Below are positions 10,712-23,370 of a stretch of 64,000 nucleotides of DNA, one piece after another (the first letter of the stretch is position 1; each line of letters opens with the position of its first letter). Both the position numbers and the translations under genes were made by a program. The stretch comes from an uncultured Planctomycetota bacterium (GTDB lineage: Bacteria > Planctomycetota > Planctomycetia > Isosphaerales > Isosphaeraceae): NCBI GenBank assembly GCA_963823665.1, contig CAWGMQ010000008.1, positions 1,504,001 to 1,568,000 of the forward strand. The letters are read 5' to 3'. The notes beneath the pieces are model-generated. The model saw only the letters and a program-made list of their open reading frames with translations. It searched no databases and was not told the origin of the DNA.

Positions 10712-13700
10712 ATGAAGAAAGAAATGCTGATCAACGTGAAACAGCCCGAAGAATGCCGGATCGCCATCGTCGAAGACGGTGTTCTCGAAGAGCTTTACGT
10801 CGAGCGAACCAGCCACGAGAGCTTCACGGGCAACATCTATAAAGGACGCATCGTCAACCTCGAGCCGGCCATTCAGGCCGCGTTCGTCGATTTCTCGGTC
10901 GGCCGCAACGGCTTCCTCCACGTCTCGGACGTCGAATCTCAGTATTTCGATCGCGGCGCTCCGGCCGCCGGCGATCAGGATCCGGCGCCGCGCGATCGCG
11001 AGCGGCGCCGCGAACCACGACGCGAAGGCGACCGGGGCCGGGGCCGGGAGCCTCGACGCCGGCCACCAGCACCCGAGCCGGTGGACCCCACATTCGGGCC
11101 GCCCGATAGCGACCCACCGCCACCGCGCACGGAGGATCGTTTCCCAGACAGGCCTCGGGACCCGCAGCGAGATCGGGAGCGAAGCCGCGACCGCCCGCGC
11201 GAGCGTGAACGCCCCGATCAGTCCATCAAGGGCCGCAAGGATCGCTCCGAGCGTGGTCCGCGTCGCTTCGGCGAGGGCCTGATCTCGCAGCCCGAGCCCT
11301 GGTCGGAGCCGGAGCCCGTCCTTCCCGTCGAACCGGACGCGTCGCAGGCCGAGTCTCCGTTCGCGCAGGAGGTCTTGGAGCCCCCGGTCGAAAGACACGA
11401 GAGCGTGCTTCCGCCCTGGCCCGAAGCCCTGGAAGATCGGGCCGAGGACCGGATTGAGGAATTGCCCGCTGATGAGTCTTCTACCGGCTGGCCACCGGCG
11501 CAGCCTCGGCGAGCCGGAGCCGCCGCTCGAGGAGCTCGCAGACGCGGATTTGATCGCGCGGCAGTTGCTCGATCCATTTGAAAGGGACCTGCCCCCCAGC
11601 CGCACCCAGCGCAAGTTGCAGCCCGCCCGGCCGGACGACCCTCCCGGTGCGGAATGGGACCACTTCCGCTCCGAAGCCGCCTCGCACCGAGCTTCCCGAT
11701 GATCGCGAGTGGCCCGAGCGCAGAACCAGGGGCCTTGAGGACGAGCCACCGGGGGGCCGCAGGGGCCGCAGAGGCGCACGCCCGCGCGGCCGAGCGCCGG
11801 CTCCACCGCCTCGGTCCCAGGCTGACGATTTTCCGTTCGAGCGTCAAACGCCGCCGGCGGATGATCTCGGAGCGGCTTTCGAGCCCGATCCACGAGACCG
11901 GATTCCCGATCGCGGAGAGACTTCGCCGCTTGAGGGGCCGCCTCCGCGGGAGCACGGCGGCCGCGCTGCGATTCGCGCTCGAGGCGGCAACCTGGACCGG
12001 CCGCGAGATCCTCAAGCGCCCTCCGAACCCGCGCCCCCACGCTACGCGCGGGGCCACGCAGGCCCAGGCGGATCCGATACCGAACGCCGGCCCCACGGAG
12101 CGCCTGATCGTCACGCCGAACCAGAGCGAAGACGCCCGAGCGAACCCCCCCGCGATCGCGACCGAGACCGGGACCGAACGCCCCCGCACGCACGCGCCGG
12201 CGAGCCCGGCTACGTACCGCGTCGCGAGCGGCTGCGTTCTGCCGATTCGGCCTTCGGTTCCGACATCTTTCCTCCAGACTCGGAATGGCCCGAGCGCGCG
12301 GCGGAGGCCGATCTTCCCGGCGATACCCGATCTCGCACGGGCGACACCGCCACGGATGACGCCGACTTCGAGTCCGGCGCGGCCGCGCCCGGCCTTCCCG
12401 GCGATGCCAGGAATGATCCCCGGCGTCGGCGGCGCCGTGGACGTCGGCGTGAGCGTGATCGCGGCCGGCCGCCAGACCGCGCCACCGGCGCCTTCGGCTC
12501 CGGGCGACGATCTGGCCCCCGGCTTCGAAGATTTTCCTGCGGATGTCGACTCACCTTGGTCCTTCGACCGCGAAGAAGCTCCCGCCGCCGATGCTCTGCA
12601 CGATCTCGACGAGCTCGAGCCTGGGGCTGCACCACGGGCCAGGCGCCCGCGGCAGGGCGACGACGAATTCGGACCGCGCGAGCCCGGCCGCGAACGTCCC
12701 TCGCCGGCCGATGACGAGATCGACGCCGAGCTCGAACAGGAAATTCAGCGCGAAATCGACGAGATCGCCGAGCTCGAACGCGAGATGGGGCTCCGCGGCC
12801 CGGCTGAAGCGCGCGGTCGCCGCGAGGACGCGTCCCGCGGAGGAGGCGCTCGGTGCGCGGAAGGGGGCTCGCCAAGCCTCCGATCCAGGAAATCTTCCGT
12901 CGCGGCGACGAAGTGCTGGTCCAGGTCATCAAGGAGAGTATCGGCACCAAGGGTCCCACCCTCTCCACCTACATCAGCATCCCCGGTCGCTATCTCGTGC
13001 TCATGCCCGGCCTGAACCGCGTGGGCGTTTCACGCAAGATCGTCGATGAAGGCCAGCGCCGCAAGCTGCGCGAGATCATGAACGAGCTCAACCCCCCCAA
13101 GGGGCTGGGTTTCATCGTCAGAACCGCCGGTCTCGAACGCACCAAGCGCGAGCTCGCCCGCGATCTGGCCTACTTGCTGAGGCTCTGGAAAGTCATCCTG
13201 CGCCGGATCAAGAAGTCCAAGGCGCCGACGCCGATCTATCAAGAATCGGACATGATCATCCGCACGATCCGCGATATCTTCAATTCCGAGATCGACACCA
13301 TCTGGATCGATGAGCCTGCGGCGTTCGAGCGAGCGCATGACTTCCTCAAGGTCGTCATGCCCCGCTTCGTCAATCGCCTCAAGCTCTACGACGAGAAGGT
13401 GCCGCTCTTCCACAAGTACGGCATCGAGGATGAGATCGCCAAGATCCAGCGCCGGCACGTGCCCCTTCCCGAGGGCGGCTCGATCGTGATCGACCAGACC
13501 GAAGCCCTCGTCGCCATAGACGTCAACTCGGGCAACTTCCGTGTCGAGGACGACGCCGAGCGCACAGCTTACGAGATGAACTTGCGGGCAGCAAAGGAGA
13601 TCGCGCGGCAACTCCGCCTGCGAGACCTGGGCGGTGTCATCGTCAACGATTTCATCGACATGCGTGAGGAACGGCACTGCCGCGGAGTCGAGCGTGCCCT

Positions 13701-14145
13701 TCGAGAGGCCATCAAGCGCGACCGGGCCCGCACCAAAATCCTCCGCATGAGCGCCTTCGGCTTGATCGAGATGACGCGTCAGCGCATCCGCCCCAGTCTC
13801 AAGCGGTCGATTTACGAAGACTGCCCGCACTGTGGCGGCGCCGGCGTGGCCAAGACCGCCGAAAGTATGGCCATCGACGTCACGCGGCTGCTGGCACTCG
13901 CGAGCCACCGCGAAGAAATTCGCAAGATCGTGGTTTCGGTCCATCCCCACGTGGCCACCTACCTCGGCAACCGTAAACGCCAGCAGATCGCCAAGCTGGA
14001 ATCCGACTCCAACCTGACGATCCAAATTGGCTTCGCTGACGACGCGCCCGCCGAATACTTGAAAATCGAGTGCCATGACGCCAATGGGAACGAGATCCGA
14101 CCGTTCCCGACGTCGTCGCCAAGCCACAAACGCGCCCCACATTGA
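10712..14145 (+). CDS. rne: Ribonuclease E/G family, with a long low-complexity insertion in the S1 domain; several frameshifts
   Basis: N-terminal MLINV..EECRIAIVEDG..GNIYKGRIVNLEPAIQAAFVDF; C-terminal VLVQVIKE..GTKGPTLST, IDVNSG, RLRDLGGVIVNDFIDM and CPHC zinc link. The ORF pieces 10712, 11454, 11578, 11654 and 12853 tile the gene. Confidence 0.9.
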
Positions 14146-14268
14146 CGTTACCGATCTGGGCCACCCCCTCCCGCGCGCATTACCCTTTGTGGACCGTGCG
14201 CCGCGGGCGGGCGCGGCTCGCCTCACTCGATCATCAAACACCCGGTCGAACTCCGGGCGGATCGCGCC

Positions 14269-15278
<1,010 letters not shown>

Positions 15279-15300
15279 TCCGGATCAGAGAGGCGGCGAC

Positions 15301-16215
15301 GTGGCCAAACCGTTTGATGCTGTTACGAAAGAGCTCCTCGAGAAGAACCCACGCGCCTGGCTGGAGCTGCTCCTTGGACGCGAGCTCGGCGGCGTCCAGG
15401 TGGTGGATGCGGACCTGTCCACGATCACGACCGAGGCAGACAAGATTCTGCTAGTCGAACAGCCGCAACCGTGGATAGTCCATGTGGAATTTCAAACCTC
15501 GTACGACGCGCAACTGCCGCTTCGAGTCCAACGATATAACATCCTCGCGCGATACCGGCACGGTCTTCCCGTGCAAAGTGTCGTTGTGCTCCTTCGTGAG
15601 AGCGCCGACGGCAGCAGCCTCACTGGCCTGCTGGAGGATCGGCTACCGGACGGGTTTCTTTATCACCAGTTTCGGTACAATATCGTCAAGGTGTGGGAGC
15701 TTCCGATCGAAGACATTCTGGCCGGCGACCTGGCGACCTTGCCGCTGGCGCCTGTAAGCCAATTCCCCGTCGTCGAACTGTCTCGCATCATTCACCGAAT
15801 TGATGAAAGAATCGAGCGGGAAGCCAGCGCCGAAGAGAAGCCAGACCTCTGGACAGCTACGTTTCTTCTCATGGGTCTGATTTACCCCGAGAATCTCGCC
15901 ATTACCCTTCTGCACGGGAAAACTTACATGAGAGAATCTACGACGTACCAATTCATCCTTCGTGAAGGCGAAGCCAAGGGCAAAGCCGAAGGAAAAGCCG
16001 AAGGAAAAGCCGAAGGAAAAGCCGAAGGAAAAGCCGAAGGAAAAACAGAGGAAGCCAAAAACCTCCTTCTCCGTTTGGGCCGCAAAAACCTCGGATCGCC
16101 ACCGGCGGACGTCGAGGTCAAGATCCAGTCGATGGCGGACGTCGACAAGCTCGAGCAATTGGCTGAGCGGCTATACGATGTCGCGAGCTGGGATGAACTT
16201 CTCAACGAACCCTGA
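15301..16215 (+). CDS. Rpn-like PD-(D/E)XK family protein with C-terminal DUF4351-like domain
   Basis: AKPFD start, EADK...HVEFQ nuclease-like motif, MRESTTYQ, EGKA repeats and a C-terminal LLRLGRK..G.P helix bundle. Confidence 0.75.
   Translation: MAKPFDAVTKELLEKNPRAWLELLLGRELGGVQVVDADLSTITTEADKILLVEQPQPWIVHVEFQTSYDAQLPLRVQRYNILARYRHGLPVQSVVVLLRESADGSSLTGLLEDRLPDGFLYHQFRYNIVKVWELPIEDILAGDLATLPLAPVSQFPVVELSRIIHRIDERIEREASAEEKPDLWTATFLLMGLIYPENLAITLLHGKTYMRESTTYQFILREGEAKGKAEGKAEGKAEGKAEGKAEGKTEEAKNLLLRLGRKNLGSPPADVEVKIQSMADVDKLEQLAERLYDVASWDELLNEP
15964..16047 (+). repeat. 12-bp tandem repeat (GAAGGAAAAGCC), 4 perfect and 3 imperfect copies, encoding EGKA
   Basis: Read directly from the sequence. 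Confidence 0.95.
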
Positions 16216-16264
16216 TGAGATCCTGCGTCGCGAGTCTTCCACAATGGACTTGGCACCCACAACA

Positions 16265-17591
16265 ATGGACTCACCCACTCCCGCCCGATCCCGCCCCGAG
16301 CTTCCGGCTTTCGCAAAGCCATGAAGCATTCACCCGGGCCAACCGCGTGATCCCCGGCGGCGTCAACAGCCCTGCGCGGGCGTTCGGTGCCGTCGGCGGC
16401 GAACCGCCATTCATCGCCCGCGCCGCCGGTGCCAGGCTCTACGACATCGACGGTAATTCCTATATCGATTACGTCGGATCATGGGGCCCCATGATCCTGG
16501 GCCACGCTCACCCGGCCGTGCGAGCGGCGGTAGCCGGCGCGCTCGAGCTCGGCTCGAGCTTCGGCGCGCCGACGGTCCGGGAAGTCGAGATCGCCGAGCT
16601 GGTCGCCGGTGCGTTTCCATCGATCGAAAAGGTGCGGTTTGTCTCATCCGGCACCGAGGCATCCATGTCGGCCGTCCGTCTGGCACGTGGCGCCACCGGC
16701 AGGTCGAAGATCATCAAGATGACGGGACACTACCACGGCCACGTCGACGCGCTTCTGGTGCAGGCAGGTTCCGCTGCCACGACCCTCGGCACTCCCAACA
16801 GCCCCGGCGTGACCCCGGGATCGGTTCAAGATACGATCCTCTGCCCGTTCAACGACGTGGCAGCCGTCGCCGAAGCGCTGGCGCGCTTTCCCGGAGAGGT
16901 TGCCGCGGTCATCCTCGAGCCGATTGCCGGCAACATGGGCTTGGTCCCGCCCCGGCCACAATACCTCGAAGCGCTTCGCGAGCTTACAGCCAGGGACGGC
17001 TGCTTGCTGGTCTTCGACGAGGTGATGACCGGTTTCCGGGTCGCCTACGGCGGCGCTCAGGAGCTCTTCGGGATCAAACCTGATCTGACGGTCCTCGGAA
17101 AAATCGTTGGCGGCGGCTTACCGGCGGCGGCCTACGGAGCCTCGGCCGCGCTCATGGATCATGTTTCGCCCGCCGGCGCGATTTACCAGGCGGGCACCTT
17201 GTCGGGCAATCCGCTCGCCATGGCAGCGGGGATCGCCACCCTTCGCTCGTTGCGCGACGATCCTCCTTACGAGCGACTCGAGACGCTCGCGGCGCGACTG
17301 GCCGAAGGCCTCGACCGCGCCGCCGCCGATGCCGGAGTTCCGCACGTCGTACAGCGAGCAGGAAGCATGCTCACCCTCTTCTTCCACGACGGGCTGGTCC
17401 ACGATTACAACGACGCACTCCAGAGCGATACTCGCCTCTTCGCGCGGTTCTTCTGGGAGATGCTCGCCCGCGGCGTTTATCTGCCCTGCAGCCAGTTCGA
17501 GGCGGCTTTCGTCTCGGCCGCACACACCACCGACGAGATCGATCAGACAATCGAGGCCGCGCGCGAGGCCCTTCGGCTGTCCCGAGCTTGA
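16265..17591 (+). CDS. hemL: Glutamate-1-semialdehyde 2,1-aminomutase (probable frameshift near the 5' end)
   Basis: PGGVNSPARAF, YIDYVGSWGPMILGH, SSGTEA, FDEVMTGFR, LGKIVGGGLP and QAGTLSGNP. Confidence 0.95.
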
Positions 17592-17640
17592 AAACGACAA
17601 ATAGTGCCGGCCAGTCCCCGCCCGGCTCTTGGCGTGCCGC

Positions 17641-19249
17641 CTATCGATCGCCGGCGGCGTCGGGTGGCTCCAATCCGTCGAGCAAAGCCCTGAGCCGCGC
17701 GACGGCACGGCGCGGGCTCTTCGAGCGCAGCACGGCTCCGCTGACGGCAACCCGCGAGGCACCCGCTTCCAGAACGCGGTCCACATTCTCTTCGGTTATT
17801 CCGCCGATTGCGAACCAGGGAAGCGAAGTCGTCTCGGCTGCAAGTCGTACGTAACCGAGCCCTGCGAGCTCGGGTTCCGAGAATTCCTTGGTGGCGCTCG
17901 GGAAAACGGGCCCAACCCCCAGGTAGCTCGCGCCTGCCAAGATCGCGGCCTCGAGCTGTGATCGCTCGTGGGTCGAGACGCCGATCAAGGCGGCCGGTCC
18001 CAGGACTCGCCGGGCATCCCGAGGCGTGAGATCCTCCTGGCCAACGTGCACGCCATCGCAGCTTGCAAGCCGGGCGAGGTCAACCCGGTCGTTCATCACC
18101 AACGGCACGCGCGCCTGGGCTGTCAGGATGCGAATCTCCCGTGCGCGGCGAAGCAGCTCGCGGTCTGAAACACCCTTTTCCCGGTACTGGATCACCTGGG
18201 CGCCGCCGGCAATCGCTTCATCCACCATCCAGGTCAGATCACCGATCGTCGGCAGCCCGCCCAAGAGTACCATCAGCCTGGCGCTTCCCAGCCCGCGGTG
18301 GGAGGCAACCGCAGTCATTGTCAGTTTTTCAAGTGTGTAGACGTCGTAGCGCAGCACCTCGAATCGGCCGGCCAGCCAGATATCAATGAGCTTTGAGTAT
18401 TCTTCAAGAGACCTGAGTGCCTCGCCGATCCGCTTGAAGTTCGCCGCCAGCACCGCACGTGGGTTTTCTCGGATCTGCTCGGACGGCGTCATGATGTGGG
18501 TGCCCACGTCCTCGCGAGTGTCACGGGCACCGAGAAGCAGATGAGCGTCAAGACCCCGCTCGGCTTCGGCGAGGCGATGGCGCACTTCCTTGAATCGCTT
18601 GGTGAGACCCGGGATCATCGAGCACGAAGCGCACATAATCTTCCGCGACCCGCAGCCCTTCCCGCGCGCGATTGGCTGAAGCGTCGAGAATCCGCGCCAA
18701 ATCGGTGCCCCCGCCCGGCTCGCCCAGGTCTGGCGGTGTCATTCCTTCCGCGAGCGCCAGTGGTGACGTATCCGTGATCGTGGCTTCCATCATTCGCTCG
18801 CGCAACAACTGGGGCTCGAGCCCTGCGGCCTTGAGCAGCTCGGCAGGTCGCCCGGCCGTTGTGAGCAGCGCCGCCAGAAGGTGCTCCGTGCCAACTTCTC
18901 GTTTGCGGTCGAAGCCGCGAGCATGCGTCGTTGCTTCGCCCAAGACGATTCGCAAGCCGGACGAGTACGGCAGCTCCGGGCGGACTGACTCGTAGGAATA
19001 CTCTTCTTGATCGAGGTCGCCGGCTTCGAACTCCGCCAGCAGGTCGGGCAGATCCGGGTCGAGCTCCGCCCATAGCCGCTCTCGCTCGACGCCGAACTCC
19101 GTCAAGAGCTCCGCAGCGCGGCTCTCCGCCTCCGCGGCCAGTGCGGCCAGCAGATCGATGGGCTCGATCGCGGTCGAGCCTCGCCTTCGCGCCAGCCGAT
19201 CGGCCCGGATCAAGGTGCGTTCCGCACCGGCCGTGTACGACTCGAACAT
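17641..19249 (-). CDS. thiE: Thiamine-phosphate synthase with N-terminal Clp-N and ThiD2-like helical domains (frameshift near 18610)
   Basis: MFESYT...IEPIDLLAAL and VGTEHLLAAL (Clp-N); RILDASANRAREGLRVAED and RDTREDVGT; QYREK, NDRVDLA, GVHVGQED, GPVFPSATK and FAIGGI. Confidence 0.88.
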
Positions 19250-19430
19250 CTCGCTCCTCGTCTCTTGAATTTCCGCGGGCTGCACCACATGATGAACCGT
19301 TGTGCCCGGCGAGCTCTCGCCTGAACCGGGATCGCACCCGCCCCCGCGCGGTGGAATCAACTTCCGTCGCCACCAGGCGAGCCTGGCCATTTATCCTCCC
19401 TGTAGAGCCTCACGCACAAGGACTCGCAAC

Positions 19431-20045
19431 GTGTTCAACCGGCTGTGCCTTTCCGCTTCGCTTGCTGTACTCTCGGCTCTGTTCCTGCTGTCTCTGCCCG
19501 CAGTCGTTTCGGCCGCCGACGGCGCCAAGAAGCCCGACGACGCCAAGAAGAAGACCAGCGTACTCGATTTTCATGTCAAAGACATCGACGGGAAAGATGT
19601 CGATCTCGCCAAGTACAAGGGTAAGGTCCTGCTGGTCGTGAACACGGCCAGCAAGTGCGGACTTACTCCACAATACAAGGACCTCGAGGCCCTTTACGAG
19701 AAGCACAAGGACAAAGGACTCGAGATCCTGGCTTTTCCGGCCAACGAATTCAACAAGCAGGAGCCCGGCTCGAACGAAGACATCAAGGAGTTTTGCTCGT
19801 CCAAATACAATGTCACCTTCCCGCTCTTCTCCAAGATCGTCGTCAAAGGCGAAGGGATCGACCCGCTCTACGACTACTTGACGAGCAAAGAGACGAACCC
19901 CAAGTTCGCGGGTGAAATCAAGTGGAACTTCAACAAGTTCCTGGTCAACAAAAAAGGCGAGGTGATCGCTCGATTCGAGCCCAAGGTGAAACCATCAGAG
20001 AAAGAAGTCGAGACCGCGATCGAAGATGCCTTGGCCGAAAAGTGA
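19431..20045 (+). CDS. Glutathione peroxidase family protein with signal peptide
   Basis: VNTASKCGLT, LAFPANEF..QEPG and KWNFNKFL motifs; hydrophobic N-terminus. Confidence 0.92.
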   Translation: MFNRLCLSASLAVLSALFLLSLPAVVSAADGAKKPDDAKKKTSVLDFHVKDIDGKDVDLAKYKGKVLLVVNTASKCGLTPQYKDLEALYEKHKDKGLEILAFPANEFNKQEPGSNEDIKEFCSSKYNVTFPLFSKIVVKGEGIDPLYDYLTSKETNPKFAGEIKWNFNKFLVNKKGEVIARFEPKVKPSEKEVETAIEDALAEK

Positions 20046-20129
20046 ATGAATAACGCCAGATTGTCGACACGCACACGGTCCAGCCAGTTTGATCGTCGAC
20101 TGTCGCTCCGCACGACGGTGTCTCCTCCG

Positions 20130-20155
20130 CGCTCCCACGCTTCCGCGTGGGAGCG
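20130..20155. repeat. Perfect 11-bp inverted repeat (REP-like hairpin)
   Basis: CGCTCCCACGC-TTCC-GCGTGGGAGCG downstream of the peroxidase gene; no U-tract. Confidence 0.7.
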
Positions 20156-20961
20156 TCGGCGGTTGCGTGTGCTTGAAAGTCGATCCATGGCCCGGGGAGC
20201 CGCGCCGGGATCTCGGCCGGCTTCGCATGGAAGTCGGGGCTTGCCGCGGGGGCCTTTTCTGGCCGAAGTCGTGGCGTCTTGAGTGAAACAGATTGGGAGC
20301 TCCGCCTTCCGACTGCATCACCTCATTGTCGCCCTTCGCTTCGCCAAGGGTCATTTTGTCGCGCTCGTGGACCTCGGGAATGCGAAGCTCCTGCTGAGCC
20401 GTGTTTGTCGGAGGAGACTGCGCCTCCCGACACCGGGTTCTAGCGGCATGGCCGGTCACTGTTTTTTCGTACAGTCCACCGAATTGTCATCACCTGGGGA
20501 AGTTTCAGATCCATTCCCACGAGTCGCTTGACCTGCCCCGCACAAGTCCAAACCCGACGTGGATGTGCGTTCCTGTCTCACCGGGCTGGGATTACGGTGT
20601 GATCGTCCTACGGTCACATTACGCTCGCTTGATCGCCGCAAATGGAATCGTCCCCGTGACCGCAGACCATTGGATGAACACTCCTGAGACATTTGACAGG
20701 TATTTCATGCTTGGGTTGCCCGGCGAAAGGATTGACCCACTGGAAAACGGAGTTTACACCGCCCGACCCGCCATGTTCTCGATCTCGCGGTTAGACCAGA
20801 AAACTCAGTCATTCGGGTACCAGACCGACCCGACGGCGACCACCTCGATGTAGTGGATGTCGTAAAAAGAGTGCACCAGGGTGCAGACGGTTTTCGCGTC
20901 ATCCCGCCAGAGCAGGGAAATAACGGAGCTGTATCAAACTAGACTCATTCGCCGCCAAGCC

Positions 20962-23184
20962 TCATCCCTTCGCGCTCGCACCACCACTTTCATCCTTGGC
21001 TTCCAGGGGAATCTTGGGCTCATCGTAGAGCCGCAGGTAGCGATAGTAGACCTCGAGCGTGAGTGCAGCGAGGGCCGTGCAGTAGATCCGCCCGCCCTTC
21101 GATCCGTACAAGCTCGAGTCAGGCTCCCAGCTTCCGGTCTGGTGGCCCCGGCTGGTTTGCAGTCCGACGATCTTGTCGCGCAGGCGGCTGTTCCACCGCG
21201 TCCACGGCTCGCCCCCGTGCTGATAGAGAGCCAGCGTGGCGTAATACCAGTAGTAGATGTTCGTCGCACCTCGATCCGACTCGTGCTCCAGCAGGAAAGC
21301 GGCTGCTTCGCTGCTGGCTTCACCCGGTCCGCCAACTCCCAGGAACTGGCGGCAAACCCACGCTTCAGCCGTCATCGTGGGCGTTTCCTTCTCGGAGGGC
21401 TGATACCGTGCGAGGCCTTTGGCTTCCCCGGTCGCAACCTTGTCGAGCCAATCCAGCGTGCCCTGGCGCACCGATGTCTCCTCGGGGATCGGAATGCCGA
21501 TTTCTCTGGCCGATTTGAGACCCATCACCACCCACCCCAGAATGCTCGTATCGCCAACCGGTGCGCCGGGAGCGTAGCGCCACGCCATGCGGTCGGCTGC
21601 CCGGCGCTGACCATGAACGCAACCGCGCGCGCCGCCGGATCGCGCAGCCGGGCATCCCCCGAAAGGGCGTATGCCTCACAGAGCGCCAGCGTCGCCATCG
21701 CGTGACAATACATCCCCACAACCCGGCTGCGGCCCCGCAGATCGCCGTCGCGCTTCTGCTCGCTGAGCAGGAAGTCGAGCCCTCTGGACACGTTGTCCGC
21801 GTATCGCCCTTGCACGTGCGTGTAGCCGGCCCCGAGGTACGTGAGCAGGGCTAATCCCGTGAGCGCGGTATCGGCCTCCCAGTAGGCGCATTCCCCAAAA
21901 CAGGTTTCTCCGGGCGGACAGTGCACGGTGAAGTCGTCGTCGCCCGCAAGCGGTGAGCCATCGGCATACCGCGCCGTCCCCGCATCCCAGCGGCCGTCCT
22001 TGTCCTGGTGCCGTGACAACCAATCGATGGCCCGCTCGACGGCCAGCTCGCTCGCCGCGTTTGCTCCAGTCCGCTGCGCCTGGGCGAACCGGTCCGGATC
22101 GAGCCTTGGCTGGTAGATCCGCGGAATCTCGATCGATGGCTGCCGGCGCGCGCTCGCCGAGATCCGCAAGCCCGGCCCCGCCGCTCGAGAGTTCGCGGAG
22201 CGTCGGCGTCGCACGAACGCTCGGGATCGAATCGGCTCTTCCGGCAGCGACGTCCAGACCGGGCTGACCGGCGGAAGATGCAGCGTCTCCGATTCCCGCC
22301 GAGCCCTTCGTGACCGGTTGACCGCCGCTCGTTCGGGGCTCTCTCTGTCGTCCGGCACCCCCGGCCGCCGTCGAATCCGGCGAACCGCCAGTCCTCGCGC
22401 TGCCAGGCTCCGGTCGATTCGGTCGCAAGCGACGATCGAATCGCAGCGCCAGCGATCGGTCGCGCGTGTGGATGACCCGAGTCCTTCGTCAGGAGACCGC
22501 GCATCCGTTGCCTGTGCCGGCCGTCTTCGTCTCGTCGGGTGTTCTGTCGAGCTCCAGTGCCTCCTGAGGAAGCGGATCCGCGGCCGCCGGCGGGTCTGCG
22601 CTCGATTTGGTTTGAGCCAGTGCACGCGGCTCCGGGGCGCGCAGCTCGGTTGCCAGAGGCGAACTCTTCGGTACGGCGGATGCCACGGCGGCCGGGGTTT
22701 TCTCGACCAGATCAGGTTTGAGCAAGCTCGCCATCGCTTCCGCTGCGGCCGGGCGCCCGACTTGAAGATGCGGGTCCGCAAGGTGCAGTGGCAGATCGAC
22801 CAGGTCCAGACGCGCTCCTCGCGCGCTCGTCGGGCCGTCGTCCTTGCGCTTCGTCGTCAGGCTGGAGCCGAGCGATTGCCCGGCGCGATAGGCCGCCGGA
22901 TCGGCCAGCATCGCCACCCGGATCTCGCGGATGTGTGGCCGGTCCGTCCGGTCGCGGCGGTTCGGACTGAGGGCCGAGCGCAGTCCGGGAACGGTGCTGC
23001 CAAAGATCAAGAGCGCCAGATGTGCCGCCAGCGAGACGACCAGGCAGTTTCGCAGCGCACGTCGCGAGCGCCAGCTCGACCAGACCAGAAAGGCCAGAGC
23101 CAGGATCGCAAGCCCCAGCATCAGCCAGACGCCGAGATCGGCACGCAGGAGCAATAAGAACGACTCTAAATCCAGTCCGGTCAT
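20962..23184 (-). CDS. Membrane-anchored prenyltransferase/squalene-oxidase-repeat protein (several frameshifts)
   Basis: Two N-terminal TM helices; AVERAIDWLSRHQDKDGRW, TGLALLTYLGAG, MYCHAMATLAL, NIYYWYY, GSWEP and GGRIYCTALAALTLEVYYRYL. Confidence 0.8.
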
Positions 23185-23370
23185 CGGGAATTGTCTCGGA
23201 TTGACGGACGGGTTCTTCTTTCGATCCGGTCATGTGGCCGGCTCGAGCGCGCTGGCGCTGGCAGACTGCCGGCGAACGCCTCACCATGATAGCCAAGAGT
23301 AAGCTCTGGTGCAGTGCCTCCGAGCCGTTTGACCGGGCCCGAGCTCCCGAGGGGCGATTGTGGAGTTTCG

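Noticed and set aside
20283..20942. Possible gene between the peroxidase and the prenyltransferase-repeat gene
   Set aside because: Only short overlapping ORFs with no recognisable motif; possibly a fragment, but unsupported.
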